A DNA stretch of 64,000 bases from Eledone cirrhosa. Taxonomy: Eukaryota. The first letter of the stretch is position 1; each line of letters opens with the position of its first letter. The notes beneath the pieces were generated by a model, which made no database searches, was not told the origin of the DNA, and saw only the letters and a list, made by a program, of their open reading frames with translations. A program made the translations under genes and the position numbers. Positions 14,196-28,907 of the stretch are shown here, in pieces. The stretch covers positions 3,782,001 through 3,846,000 of the forward strand of contig OZ024754.1 of NCBI GenBank assembly GCA_964016885.1, in the 5' to 3' direction.

Positions 14196-15547
14196 TATAT
14201 ATATATGTGTGTGTGTGTATATATATGTATATATATATAATGAGAAAATTCATCGCTTGAACAGCCGTTCGAAAGGCTAAATTCTGTGAAAAACAGTGAT
14301 GTTCAAAAGTACCTCAGAGGAAAAAGACCAGCGATCAGTGGTCAACGGGGAGACAATCCTGAAGGTGACTGACAGGCAGATACATTTCATGCTTTGTATT
14401 ATCCGACATGAATATTTATATGTTTAGTCAGAACTTTGTATTTCTCGATTTCGTGGTCGATAAATAAAAAAGGGTTATATAGTACAGGCCTCCACCTTTC
14501 CTCAATAATGTCTTCCCACTATTTCTAACTGTCGCTTTCGCTCCTTCTATGGAAATTCTTGGCAATGATCTGACCTGTTAAGATATGGGCTCAACTTGGC
14601 TTAAGAGGCCACGATTTTAGTGAGTCTTAAGAGTCCGTTCCCTGGCAGATAATCCTTCACCTATAACTACAGCCCCTAGAAACGAAAACACTGAACTACG
14701 AGACATCATATATTAGTGGAACGTATATTGTGCATACTCATGGATGTGTACGTATGTTCGTATTTTCTACGTTAGTGGGCTTTTGCATATTAAGTTGGCA
14801 TTTGTGAGCTTATCTGTGAATGAATGTACTGGACTCAAAATGTGTTATTCTTCGCGTATTCCTTTCAGTTTGTATATATAATTGATTTACCAAACAGGAA
14901 TTACAGTCCACTGAGAACGATATAATTTATATAAATATATATATATAATAAAGTATGTGTTTCTACGTGTAAAAAATACATATATAAATACATTTATATA
15001 TATATAAAATACATATATATATATATAAAATACATATATATATATATAAATATAAATATATATAAATATAGGTGTTTGTGTATGCACGTGTTCGTGTGTA
15101 TATATGTTAAAACAAATAATATCATAGAGTGCATGCAATGAATGGATTCATTGAGAGAATATGTTTGGGTGATTAATGTGTAAACGACCGCATCAGCTAT
15201 AAAAATCTTAGATTGTCACTGAAAGTTATATACGTTTAACTTAGAAAAAGTCTTGAATTTCATTGTGATTACAATCAGTAAGTTCGTGAAATACAAACAG
15301 CACTTAAAGTGTTTAAGGATAATATAAAATGGTGATATCATTGGGGATTAAACCCCCTTATTGACTAGCCATCTATGTACAATAATTATGTTTGTAGTGT
15401 TATAGTATCTTCTTCTTCTTCTTAAAATTCTTCTTCTTAAACTTCGTTTTTTTTTTCTTCTTCAGCTTCTGCAGTAGTAGCATCAGTAATAGTAGTAGTA
15501 GTAATAGTAGTAGTAGTAATAGTAGTAGTAGCATCGATATAGATATT

Positions 15548-15645
15548 TTCGTTCCCAGTTCAGAAACCATTGAGATCAACATTGCCATTCCTCCTTTCAT
15601 TGTCGACATATTGTCGGTCTTGTGCCAAAAGTAGAAGCAATTATT
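15548..15645 (+). mobile_element. Decayed SINE 3' portion
   Basis: Degenerate B box and central domain; intact tail cttgtgccaaaagtagaagcaattatt. Confidence 0.6.
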
Positions 15646-15702
15646 ATCATTATTACATTGTTGTTATTGCTGTTGTCCATCACAGATTTAACCCACCCCC
15701 CA

Positions 15703-15898
<196 letters not shown>

Positions 15899-16017
15899 GT
15901 TTCTATGCATATAGGTATGTATGTACGTATTTATATACACACGTATTAATAAATATTACTCATACATATCTAAAAAATAAATGCATACATACGTACATGC
16001 ATATATACATACATACC

Positions 16018-16087
<70 letters not shown>

Positions 16088-18165
16088 TGTTTTTGAATGA
16101 GTTTGTGTATCTGCACTCATATTAGATAATGAAACAACTAAAGTGTATGCCTGCGAATTGTAAACTTGTTCGTAATAAAATACCTAGGATGGCTAATAAT
16201 TATGCATGATTGAGCGCAGTGGAGTGAATATTGTTTATACAACTTAGTTATATATCAGTTTTATATATCAGAGTGTTTATATTGCAACGATAATAAAAAA
16301 TAAATTTAAAAAACATATATACTCACACAAAATGAGACGATAAAACGCAAACAGGAGAAGCGCAACTCTCAGCAGTGTTCAAATTTCCACAACCAGCAGC
16401 ATCTGACAAAATTGTATTGTGTTGGAATATATACGTATATATATAAATTAAGTTAAGATTATTTAAAAATCAGTGAAGTGATAAGCAGCCGGTTTGTTTT
16501 TGTTGGCCGGTTTCATCTGAAGCTGAAGTTCATGAACAAATATAATAATGATGTAGGAGTCTTTTTGAGTTGTCAAATTTACTAACATTATAGAATCCCA
16601 GAAGTATTTGTTGATAGGAGCAATATATGCTCGATTATTCTCAATTTCATTATTTCTGTATGTATTTTGGTTCATTGCGGGACTACAGAAAGCAGAATGG
16701 AGATAATAGGAAGATTCCTACGAAATGTGTCTCTAGATATATATTCGATATATTCATGTAGAGTAAACTTTATTTTATTTGAATCAAATAGATGATAGAT
16801 ATGCATACACATACATGAGAGCAATATTCATTTCATTCTTAATTGAATACAAATACAGTAAATGCATATCGAATTTAACGTTTAAAGAAGAACAAATACA
16901 TGAAAGAAAAACGTGTATACAACAATCAAAAGTATTTATGTCAATGAATACATATCAAATAGCAATGACGAAACACATAAAACGCAATAAAAATTCAGTA
17001 GTATAATTACAGTAATGTATAAAGGCATATGCCTGTGTACTTGTCGGGAAAATTAGAAACATATTTCTCATTCAGCTACATTTAGTGACTGTCGAAAACA
17101 ATACTCTAGCAATGAGCAGATTTTTTCCCCTTCATTTTCTGTCACGCGCCAAACTGCTAAATGTAATTTCTACCTAATAACTCAGGGATATTTTGAGAAC
17201 AAATCAGAGCTTTATAGTTTTCACGCTATAACCATTCAGGAGTAGATTTTTACTGACGGGCATCTCTTTCGTATGGCTTCCAGCGAATAACCAGCGTCAT
17301 AAATTTTCCTCGTTGAACACAATATTTGATTTGATACATTGATCATTGAAGAGCTTCTGTTCATTGACCGCCATTATGGTTTCGTCTTAAATGATCGTCA
17401 TTACTTTTTGGCTGACGAACCGCAATTATCGCTTCTATTCAATAAGCCTCCATTATTGGCTTCCGCTTGCTGAGCACACATTAATGCTTGCACGGAGATA
17501 TTGTGTAATTCCCTTCGATAGCATATATTCCATGTTCTATTAAAGTACTCCAGATTAGTGGGACTATCTTACAGAATTCCCTATTAATCCTTTTTCCTAA
17601 TGGTTTTCAGGATTATTCTATATAAAATGGGATATGCCTTTGTTGCTGAAACAAACTATTAAGATACAAAACCAGAAACTATAAAACATCATTATGTAGT
17701 TGTTAGTTACACCGCTCTTTAATTCCCGTCAAAATATTGCTTTCACAATATGCTGGATGTTTGTGTAAGTGAGCAATAAACAACTGAAATAACGGCTATA
17801 TTACCTAATATTATATTCTCTAATACAATGAATCATTCACTATTCTCCTCCTATCTGGATTACATGATTCTGTTACCAGCACTGGAATAATGTTGCTCTG
17901 CAATGCCCTCCTATATTTACGTAATTTATCGCCCATTGAAAGGACTTGCTTTGCTTTTGTTCTTAATTTGCTTATACACACACACAAACACAAACACACG
18001 CAAACGTATACACACATATATACACATACACACGCACGCCTATATACACACACACATATAAACGTACAATCAGAGACACATACACGTACACACACATACA
18101 TACATACATATATGTATATATGTGCGTTCGAGTCTGTGTGTGAAGCTACGTATATAATTATGTAT

Positions 18166-18252
<87 letters not shown>

Positions 18253-18630
18253 GACAGAGAGAAACACATGCACAAACATGCACATACACACATATGTATA
18301 TATTTACATACACACACACACACACACACACACATACATACATACATATCTATATGTATATATATATATATAAATTAGCGAGAATCGCATTTCGGTTATT
18401 GGAAATTAGCGAAAAACAACTTCCGAGATGTGTGGCAGCGCTCCATAGAAACGAGTGAACTAGAGCAACAACATACGTTAAAAGGCCGACCACATTGAGA
18501 CGATGGTTAAACCATTATCCGCAAAGGCATAGAAACGACCAAGCTATTCGGTTCAAACAAATAATAAAATGTGATTGAAAATTATACCCGGACCTCTGGA
18601 AACGGTGGTAAATATATATATATTTATATA

Positions 18631-18876
18631 TATTTATTAAAATAACAGATTGAAGTTTAAGCAAAGAATCGATGCTTTCACCCTTAACGGGATCTTCTGA
18701 AAGTAACAAAGTCAATCTGTAAACGCAGAAGTGGATATTTCAAAAAACGTTGCAACCGGAGGAAGACAGGAAGACGATACTTTGGTTCGTGGAAACGTTC
18801 CCTGGCAAAGAACGGGAAAAAACGAATATAACACGTCATTAATAGGAGCGATGAAAAACAATTACGCGCAAAGACA
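18631..18876 (-). mobile_element. Family A Penelope-like 3' terminal fragment with hammerhead-like motif
   Basis: Reverse complement aligns with 35412-35642; sits between TA and CA/TA tracts. Confidence 0.8.
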
Positions 18877-18877
18877 T

Positions 18878-18962
<85 letters not shown>

Positions 18963-19401
18963 CTTACATACATACGTATATTTTTATAATAGCCAGTCGA
19001 TCGAGTTTCATCTCCTAATTGTGATTTCTTCATTGAAGAGTCTGTTTAATCCAGGTCATTCCTGTTCATTACACGAGACGTAACGTTCGCTGTATTATCA
19101 ATAACTTATATGGGTGCAGCATTTTCGTTATTAAAAATGACACTTCGGGCTTTGGTTTAAAAATTAATCCAATACATTTTTGCGTATATTCCTGTAACCT
19201 AACTAAAAATGGTGTCCTCTGTGGAAATGGAGTTGACAAGAAACCAAAAACTGTTCTATAATATTTCTGAAGTTTAGGCACCGTACAACATTTCATCTCT
19301 TTCAGAATATATTTTCTGTTATTGTTATTGGTTTCGGTCATTGATACGAAACAAAGATATTTAGAAACTTAGATAATACACGCAGGATATTATTATATAT
19401 A

Positions 19402-19771
19402 GGGCGGTGGATTGGCAGTATCGGTAGAGGGTCGGACGCCATGCTTTGAAGTATAGTGTTACCTCCCTTTATGATCTGAGTTCAAATCCCGTCGAGGTTG
19501 ACTTTGCCTTTCATCCTTACGGGGTCGATAAATAAAGTTCCAGTGATGCACTGGGATAATTGCTGGCCTGGTGCCAAAAGTAGAAACAATTATATAATAG
19601 AGTTTCTACATTTGGCAGCAGGCCAGCGATTACCCCAGTGCATCACTGGTACTTTATTTTATCGACCCCCGTAAGGAGGAAAGGCAAAGTTAACCTCAGA
19701 ACGCAAAGCGCCATAACTATGCTGCAAAGCATGGTGTCTGACGCTCTACCGATACTGCCAAACTACCGCCC

Positions 19772-19826
<55 letters not shown>

Positions 19827-20020
19827 ACAGGGCGGTGGGTTAGCAGTATCGGTAGAGGGTCGGAGGCTATGCGTTGCAGCATAGAGTTACGGCCCTTTAC
19901 GGTCTCAGTTCAAATCCCGCCGAGGTTAACTTTGCCTTTCATCCTTACGGGGTCGATAAAATAAAGTACCAGTAATGTGCTGGGATAATTGCTGGCCCTG
20001 TGCCCAAAGTAGAAACAATT
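19402..20020. mobile_element. Three SINE copies: 19402-19592 (+), 19602-19771 (-, internally deleted), 19830-20020 (+)
   Basis: A/B boxes, central domain and tails recognisable; alternating orientation. Confidence 0.9.
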
Positions 20021-20362
20021 GTTATATAATAAAGTTGAGTAAAAAATTTGTAGAAAAATATATTCATGGTAATTCGTCTCAATGAGGGCGCCTGGTTAGC
20101 TTAATGGTAACACCGCCCTATTACCATATTTAAATCCGATGAACGTAAGACATATGGAAACGGTTGTAGCAACTTACGAAACCCTATTCTCATATTCAAC
20201 GTCCTGAGATCTATGTATAGTTACTTTTTTAGGATTATAAAATATCAGCAAGCTGTTTCTCATCCACATTTAAATAGCTGATAAGAATTCGGACATCACT
20301 CTCAACATAATTTTAGCATCGCATTCGGGGACACGAACAAACACACACATACACTCATGTAT

Positions 20363-20401
<39 letters not shown>

Positions 20402-20403
<2 letters not shown>

Positions 20404-20441
20404 ATTGTTTCTACTTTTAGCACAAGGCCAGCAATTACCCA

Positions 20442-20447
<6 letters not shown>
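20402..20447 (-). mobile_element. SINE 3' tail fragment in (TA)n
   Basis: aattgtttctacttttagcacaaggccagcaattacccagtaca. Confidence 0.8.
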
Positions 20448-20528
<81 letters not shown>

Positions 20529-20596
20529 AATTATCCTGACAAAAGATTTGTTGTTTGGCTTAAACGGTTATGGTCACAGAGATTTCAGTCGTAAGA

Positions 20597-20628
<32 letters not shown>

Positions 20629-20629
20629 T

Positions 20630-20661
<32 letters not shown>

Positions 20662-20840
20662 CATACATATATGAGGATTCTTCGTCGGTATCGACGGCGA
20701 GGATTACAGTTGTTACGAACAAGGAGACAGCTCATGCGTTAAATGTGTAATTGGTTATGATTCAGCCGCCCACCGACACGTGTACACAGAGACAGACATA
20801 CAGGCAGACATACATACATAGATATGTGCATTCATATATG

Positions 20841-20884
<44 letters not shown>

Positions 20885-20950
20885 CATGTATATGTATATA
20901 TATATACATATATGTATGTATATATCCACAAACCGTCCATCTCAATTCTA

Positions 20951-20986
20951 CTTTTGAAAAGCATAAGAAGTATGAAACCGGTAAAG
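20951..20986 (+). ncRNA. Hammerhead-like fold, family E (U3-A8 core TTGAAAA)
   Basis: ctt-TTGAAAA-gcataagaagtat-GAAA-ccgg-TA-aag; palindromic stem III ACCGGT; stem II imperfect. Confidence 0.4.
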
Positions 20987-21044
20987 GAAACAAATAAATA
21001 TTTTTATAAGAATCCAGTTGCATTTTCGATATCAACTCTATTTC

Positions 21045-21130
<86 letters not shown>

Positions 21131-21790
21131 ATATATATATCTCATACGTACATCCAGCAATTAATCTCTAATTTATTGTCTATTTTATCGGACCCTCTAC
21201 ACGTATCTATGTACATCTCGAATCTAGCTTCCCACCAACGAATCCTTATAAGAACACTTACCCAAAAGTTACTACTATGTATTTACAAGGTCTCATTTAT
21301 CTATTTATTTATCTCTTTATATTTTCCATTCTCTCATGTTCTTACTTTCTTTATGTACCCTATCTTATATTCTACTTTTACTTTTTACATCTGTAGCTTC
21401 TCTACCTATTTACCATACATGTATTATTATTGATGTTATTGTTTTAATTATACGCTATTTCTCTATATAAGTCTTTCCTCGAGTGAATTATTTTCATATC
21501 TACATACTCTGATGTGTTGACTATAGGTGAATAATGTATTGGAGATCGAATAACGCAACATCAAGCGATTAGCGAACTCTAGACCCACATGATCAACGAA
21601 ACAATTGTCAGTACTTTAAATAAAGCCCCTCTTGTACAACCACCCATGTTAACATACATACATCCATCGATTATACACCCATGCATACATCCATCGATCC
21701 ATCCATACATACATAAATCCATCCATCCATACATACATACATACATACATACATACATACATACATACATACATACATACATACATACAT

Positions 21791-22245
21791 AGGAGAATAT
21801 TTATGCAGAATTGATGAGAAATCTGCAGATACTACACCCTGATTATACCTTCAGATTTATGCCTGTGATTATTGGGGCACTGGGGTATGTTAGTAACTGC
21901 CTCAATACAAATCTTGAGAAGGTAGGCTTCACAGGAACAGCAAGAACACAACTAGTTAGGAAATTACAAGTACAATCCATTAATGGAAAAGTAAAAATAT
22001 GTAAAAAATGTTGCATCTAATAACTGCATATATACATGTACAGATACAAAGCATATACACATGCACACATACAACTCAAAACATCCACATCCACACATAC
22101 AATAACATCCATATCTACACATGCATGCAGACATATCTACCTGGTTGATGTTGTGTAAATTCCAATGAGAGAGTCTTGTGTCTATGTTAGAAACCGACTC
22201 TCTCTCTATTGGCAACAATTTGTGAAATTATAAAACCAGAAGAAC
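21791..22245 (+). mobile_element. 5'-truncated R4/Dong-type non-LTR retrotransposon (restriction-like endonuclease C-terminus plus 3' UTR) in (ATAC)n
   Basis: ENIYAELMRNLQILHPDYTFRFMPVIIGALGYVSNCLNTNLEKVGF...LQVQSINGKVKICK fits the RLE tail motif Y..L...PVVIGALG...L..LG...LQ; (atac)n on both sides. Confidence 0.75.
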
Positions 22246-23849
22246 ATACATACATACATAATTATACGCTTTTGGCTACATATTTGTGTGTCCATGGTTC
22301 AAACATGAAATGGGTGTTATTTGTTTGGCACAAAATCTATTAATGAGGACATCATTTACAGTAAAGTCGTTGATTTCGTCCTGAGTAATCAACGCAGAAA
22401 TCAGATTCTCACGTTTACCATTAATTTTAGCAGTAAACCGAACTAACACATATAAATTAGGGCGCCGACATACTTAATATAATGAGCTAAAGAATTTCAA
22501 TTATTTAAAATATCAACCGTAGTGATGAGGAAAAAGTATTATCGAAATAATTATTTCTAGTATAGAGAGGCGAGGAGGAACAGAACCGGAAATTGAATAA
22601 ATTAAACTTTATTAAAAATAGAAAAATGGAACGTAGCCAGCTGATATTAAGTTACATCGAGAGCTGAATGTTTTCAATGTAGACTCCTTTCATTAGTGCA
22701 TATAATTTGGGTTTGGTGTTAGTTTAGAAGAGGAAGCAGTAACCATGCATTTCGTAGGCCTTTCCAGTCAGATGCAATTAATAAAGTTAATGCATATTTC
22801 TTTGATTTGCAATAGGGGCAGAGGAGAAATTGCAGTGCTGTTAATATTTTGGAGGGAAAGTAATGGAAGAAGAAGTAATGAGAGGGAAGGTAGCCTGAAG
22901 ACTAGACACAATATTGTTGACGAGTAGGGTTGAATGTCTGAATGAGGATGAAGACATTCAACTAGCCAAGCAGGAGTAATTTACGCCACGTGAGTAGAGT
23001 TATATTATAGCAGACAGTGAAAGTATCGCGTGTCTATAGGAGACATCATACAAACAAGCAACAGCCGAATTTGTTGTATGATATTCACACTATACAGCAG
23101 TTAGCAACTTTCCGATATTTACACGACGAAAGAAAATCTTCGGCCGTCACTCGCAATACAGTATGGCATAATAATAAGAGATCTAGATGCCCCTCTAATA
23201 GTGAGTAGACACAGGCATGCTCACGATCCTCACGCTCACGATTCAGCAGAACATCTTGAATTACCCAGGGAGTGGGGTCAGATGCTTGAAGAAGTATTGA
23301 GCAGATACATGTTTATCTATTCTAAATTCATGAAATGCAAAATGAATTTCGTCGCGATTTAAACTGATTTAAACAAAACGTCCAGATTTTACCAGGCCAT
23401 TAGCATAATTAATTATATGCAAGCAGGCTTAACTAAAACAATATACTTAGATATTTTCTTGCAGACTAATAAGAAGCCTTAATAGAAAATTGAAATATAT
23501 ATTACATGTAATAGATATCTTAATTGTTCATTCTATACATGTATTGGTTAAAGCTCGTTCAGGACCATAACAGCAATACCTCTTCCCTGGCAAGGAGTCG
23601 AACATGTTTTCAATTTAGTGACAAAAGCTTCTGAAGTCAGATTAGGCTACGACAATAGGCACACATACATATTAAATGTACAGAAATCAAGACAAACTTT
23701 ACCTCACTCTGACTGGAAAAGACAATGGTCATTTAATTAAATAGTAAATACTTATTTTATGGTTTTCACTGTTCATGTATTTCATTTTGAGGTTCGTGCA
23801 TAGTTTCTTTTATTTTATTATTGTATATCATATTATTGTATATCATAAC

Positions 23850-24033
23850 GGCGGTGAATTGGCAGTATCGGTAGAGGGTTGGACGCCATGCTTTCTAGCA
23901 CAGTTATGTCCCTTTACAGTCTGAGTTCAAATCCCGCCGAGATTAACTTTGCCTTTCATCCTGACGGGGTCGATAAAATAAAGTACCAGTAATGTACTGG
24001 GTAATTGCTGGCCTTGTGCCTAAAGTAGAAACA
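23850..24033 (+). mobile_element. SINE copy with 17-bp TSD
   Basis: Full-length; attattgtatatcataa at 23832-23848 and 24034-24050. Confidence 0.92.
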
Positions 24034-24646
24034 ATTATTGTATATCATAATAGTCATTAAGGATTTACATTATTTATACGTTGAAAGTGCTTTTCTTAAT
24101 ACAGGCTTTTCTTTATTAAAATAAATGAATACAAACTCTATCAATAAATAGATTCCAATATCTTTTTTCTTTTAGGTGGGTGGGGTTTTCATATAATTTA
24201 TAAAAAGTTATATAGGTAATATTTAACCAATACAAAGTTAATAGCATTAAAACAAGTTTACAGTTCCTTAAATTTTCAGTATTCAAAAACGCAGAATTAG
24301 GCTGAGGTGCTATGCGAGTTGTAGGGATGACGTCATACTATTTTAAATGTGTTAATTTATTTCTCACACCAAAATGAACACCAAGCAATATGTGGAATCA
24401 GAATATAAAATTTCGACACCCCCTACTATACATGTATTGGTTAAGAGGATGAAAAGCTAAATGTGCTGGCAAAAAAAATAGAAGCTAGTGTGCGGGAGCA
24501 TATACACATGCGTACATAATTAAAAATATAGACATAAATTCATACATGTACTCAATTAAATATATATTTTGTAAATCTTGAAATATATACAGCATCTCTG
24601 CTTAGCCCGTCACTCTCTCTCTCTCTCTCCCACCCCCTCTCTCTCC

Positions 24647-24697
<51 letters not shown>

Positions 24698-24780
24698 CTC
24701 TCTCCATATGTATATATATATATATATATATATATGTACATACATCTATATCTATATCTATATATATATGTGTGTATGAA

Positions 24781-24846
<66 letters not shown>

Positions 24847-25304
24847 GGCGATAATCTATATTTCTAGTATAAGTGTGCGTATGTGTGTATGAGAGAGCCT
24901 GTGTCTGTGTAAACTGCGCTCGTGTATGTATATGTATGCGTTTGTGTTTAGGAAAGGAGTATGTGTGTGTTTGTCTGAATTATGAAGAAGAGATTGTTGT
25001 TGTTTTTTTCGAATAATGTTTTTTTATATATTTGTTTGCTTCAAAATTATTGATGACATATTTTCAAAGAAATATCTGCGGAAGTCGTGGCAAGGACTGG
25101 AATCTATTGTGGAGATTATTCCTTCTTAATGTCTGTATATTTGCTCTACATATATGAGCTGAATATGGCATTTGTTTCGATCATACGTATATATGCATAT
25201 ACATGTATTTGCACATATATATATATATGGACACACGCACGCACATTCATATGTATATATTTATATATTATACATATATACATATTTGTATGCATTCACG
25301 TTTA

Positions 25305-25340
<36 letters not shown>

Positions 25341-25369
25341 ATCATATATAAATATATATATATATAATC

Positions 25370-25481
<112 letters not shown>

Positions 25482-25640
25482 CTATTGTTACATAAGTCTT
25501 TCGGGTTTCTATCCTTGTGTGCATTGAAAAATATTCAATATTCACTATGCACAAAAAAACTCACACACACGCATAACAGACAGACCTTCACACAAACCTT
25601 CACACATACACACAGACACCAGTTATATATATATACACAC

Positions 25641-25703
<63 letters not shown>

Positions 25704-25888
25704 GTAATATATATATATATATATATATATGGTTTCGTACTTTTGTGTGTGTGCGTGTGTATGTGTGTATGCGTGCTTCCGTATGCATTCATATATGTGT
25801 GCGTTATTACGTATCATTGTAGTGCTAGGTCCATATTTCTTTGGATCTCCATATAGAAGTCTAAGAAATAACTGTGAATATATACACA

Positions 25889-25944
<56 letters not shown>

Positions 25945-25989
25945 TATGTATATATATACATACATATATGCACACACATTCATATATAT

Positions 25990-26575
<586 letters not shown>

Positions 26576-26935
26576 GCTTGTGTGTATGTCTGTGGGTGTG
26601 TGCTATTGAATTTCTGTTGCAGTTGAGCTTTTGAGAAATCCTTTTGTTAGCCAAAGATATATTTCAACTCCGGGAAAAACAGGAAGATGTCTTCATTCAA
26701 TAAGATTCCCTCTTCAATATAAACATTTCATCTCCTACAATCTCTATATGTTTATTTATTTATATTTCTCCCCCCCCCTCTCTCTCTCTCAGTCTCACTC
26801 TCTCTCTCTCCATTCTCTGTCTGTCTACACTACGTTTGCCTAATGTTTTTCTCACCCCCTATTTCTCTTTCTCTTTCTCGCTATTTCCCTCTTTTTTCCT
26901 CTGTCTCTTACCCCCTTTCTCTGCCTCACTCTTTC

Positions 26936-26999
<64 letters not shown>

Positions 27000-27056
27000 C
27001 ATATATATATACACACATATCTGTATATATATATACATATATATATATATACATAT

Positions 27057-27117
<61 letters not shown>

Positions 27118-27129
27118 CACACACACATG

Positions 27130-27262
<133 letters not shown>

Positions 27263-27591
27263 CTCTATCTTTGCACTCTCTTATTCTCTGCTGATATCAT
27301 TGATGTGAAATCATAAAATGACATAGTTATATTTGGAATAGAAATCCCACTGTGTTATCCCCCTTAGGACAGCGTTCGAGTCTGTCATCTTGAGAAAGGA
27401 AAAATATAAAGTTGACTGACCTAGGCAAGTATGATTATTACACAATTGGTTACTTTCTATCGTTTTCCCCTTCTCATACCCATAATAAACATATTTTTCA
27501 AAGTCTCCTGATACAACTCAATGCAAACGCATTTGCTTAAAGCACCTTATATATTAAGATCATCATCATCGATATTATTATCATTATTATC

Positions 27592-27634
<43 letters not shown>

Positions 27635-28014
27635 GCTGTTGTTGCTGTTGTTGTTGTTGTTGTTGTTGTTACCGTTTCTCTTGTTTTTTTTTTGTTTGTT
27701 TTTGCTGTCGTTATTGTTGTTGTTGCTGCTATTGCTTGCATGTGTTGTTGTTATCTATGATATCCGAATACTGTGGCCAGTATTGTTTAGAATTATCTAT
27801 TGTCTCGTGCTGAGTTTATGCCGTGTGAGTTAACCCCCGTTTCTATTAATAATATCAATCGAATATGACTAATTTGTTTAGCAGTAACGCTAGAGCAGAA
27901 GAATATCTTGGATTTGAACTCTCAATTCCACGTTCGATTCCAACTAATCGTTTCTTTGATTCCCATCCGAGTAAAGTGATATAAATGTATAAATACACTC
28001 TGTCACCTTGAAAT

Positions 28015-28190
28015 AATGATTTCTTATATAGGCACAAGGCCAATCATTTCTGGCGAAAAGAAAGTCGATTAAATCGACCCCAGTGCGTCACTGGTACTTC
28101 ATTTTATCGACCCCATAAGGATGTAAGGCAAAGCTAACCTTGGCGGGTTCTGACCTCAGAACGTGAAGGTTCGTAACTCTATGCTGCTTG
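28015..28190 (-). mobile_element. SINE copy, longer variant (with gggtcgatttaatcgac segment)
   Basis: Tail, central domain and B box on the minus strand. Confidence 0.8.
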
Positions 28191-28530
28191 AAACAATAAA
28201 ATGAAAAGAAGCAAAGATATATCACTGTAGCCTGCACAGCCTTTGTAGCTATTTATGCATGGGAATATACGTTTTTATCTGTTTCACCCCATTTTCGAGT
28301 AATTCTTTGGTGGGTGGAGGTGGTTAAATTCGACTGAATCCACCCCGCTTCTTACATTTACAAAGAGCACTCAATACACAGTGGCGGCATTAATTCGAGG
28401 TTCGTATTGAGGTATACGGCACAATAAGTTCGCAGAAAGATTTGAACTCAGAACGAAGGGGCCAGAGAAAATCCCGAAAATAATCGAATCACTGAAAATG
28501 TTCAAACAATCCTGCGAATTCACTGTCTAG

Positions 28531-28751
28531 CCCTGTAGCATTCAAACCGGCCGTATCCGGCCAGAAATGTCGCCCCTTTTTCTGTTCAAATCTGCTGTAA
28601 CTGGCCACTCATACTAATGTTAAGGTATTGTTCTCAAGATAAATAACACCAAAATCTCATAGAGTCGATATTATGTGAGATAATTATGTAAGATAAAATG
28701 TTTACTACCAAAATACAAAAATATATATAGAATAATGTGAATGCTAAAGGG
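28531..28751. mobile_element. piggyBac-type MITE
   Basis: TIRs ccctgtagcattca / tgaatgctaaaggg; TTAA on the right (28752-28755) and decayed CTAG on the left. Confidence 0.7.
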
Positions 28752-28759
28752 TTAAACTG

Positions 28760-28907
28760 TTATTTTATATTCTCGATCTGAGATGAAAGCAAAAGATGAC
28801 ATCAGCTGATTTTGAACTCAAAACAGAAAACATCCAAATGGAGCCTGAAAAAAAAAAACACCACAAGCTGTTTTGTCTGACGGGCAAAAGATTTCGCCAA
28901 TCCACCA
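28760..28907 (-). mobile_element. Old decayed SINE
   Basis: gatgaaagcaaaagatgac...tttgaactca...gccaatccacc resembles the reverse complement of the SINE. Confidence 0.5.

Noticed and set aside
17200-17520. Possible decayed Tc1 transposase on the minus strand
   Set aside because: Only a vague motif echo amid stops; no TIRs found.
20085-20120. tRNA-like 5' half gcctggttagcttaatggtaac
   Set aside because: No B box or cloverleaf follows.
20533-20575. ctgacaa-aag...ctt-aaacggtta motif between TA tracts
   Set aside because: Too many core deviations and no second copy.
22662-22700. Minus-strand ctaatga...gaaa hammerhead-like string
   Set aside because: Core mutated, and stems I and II do not pair.
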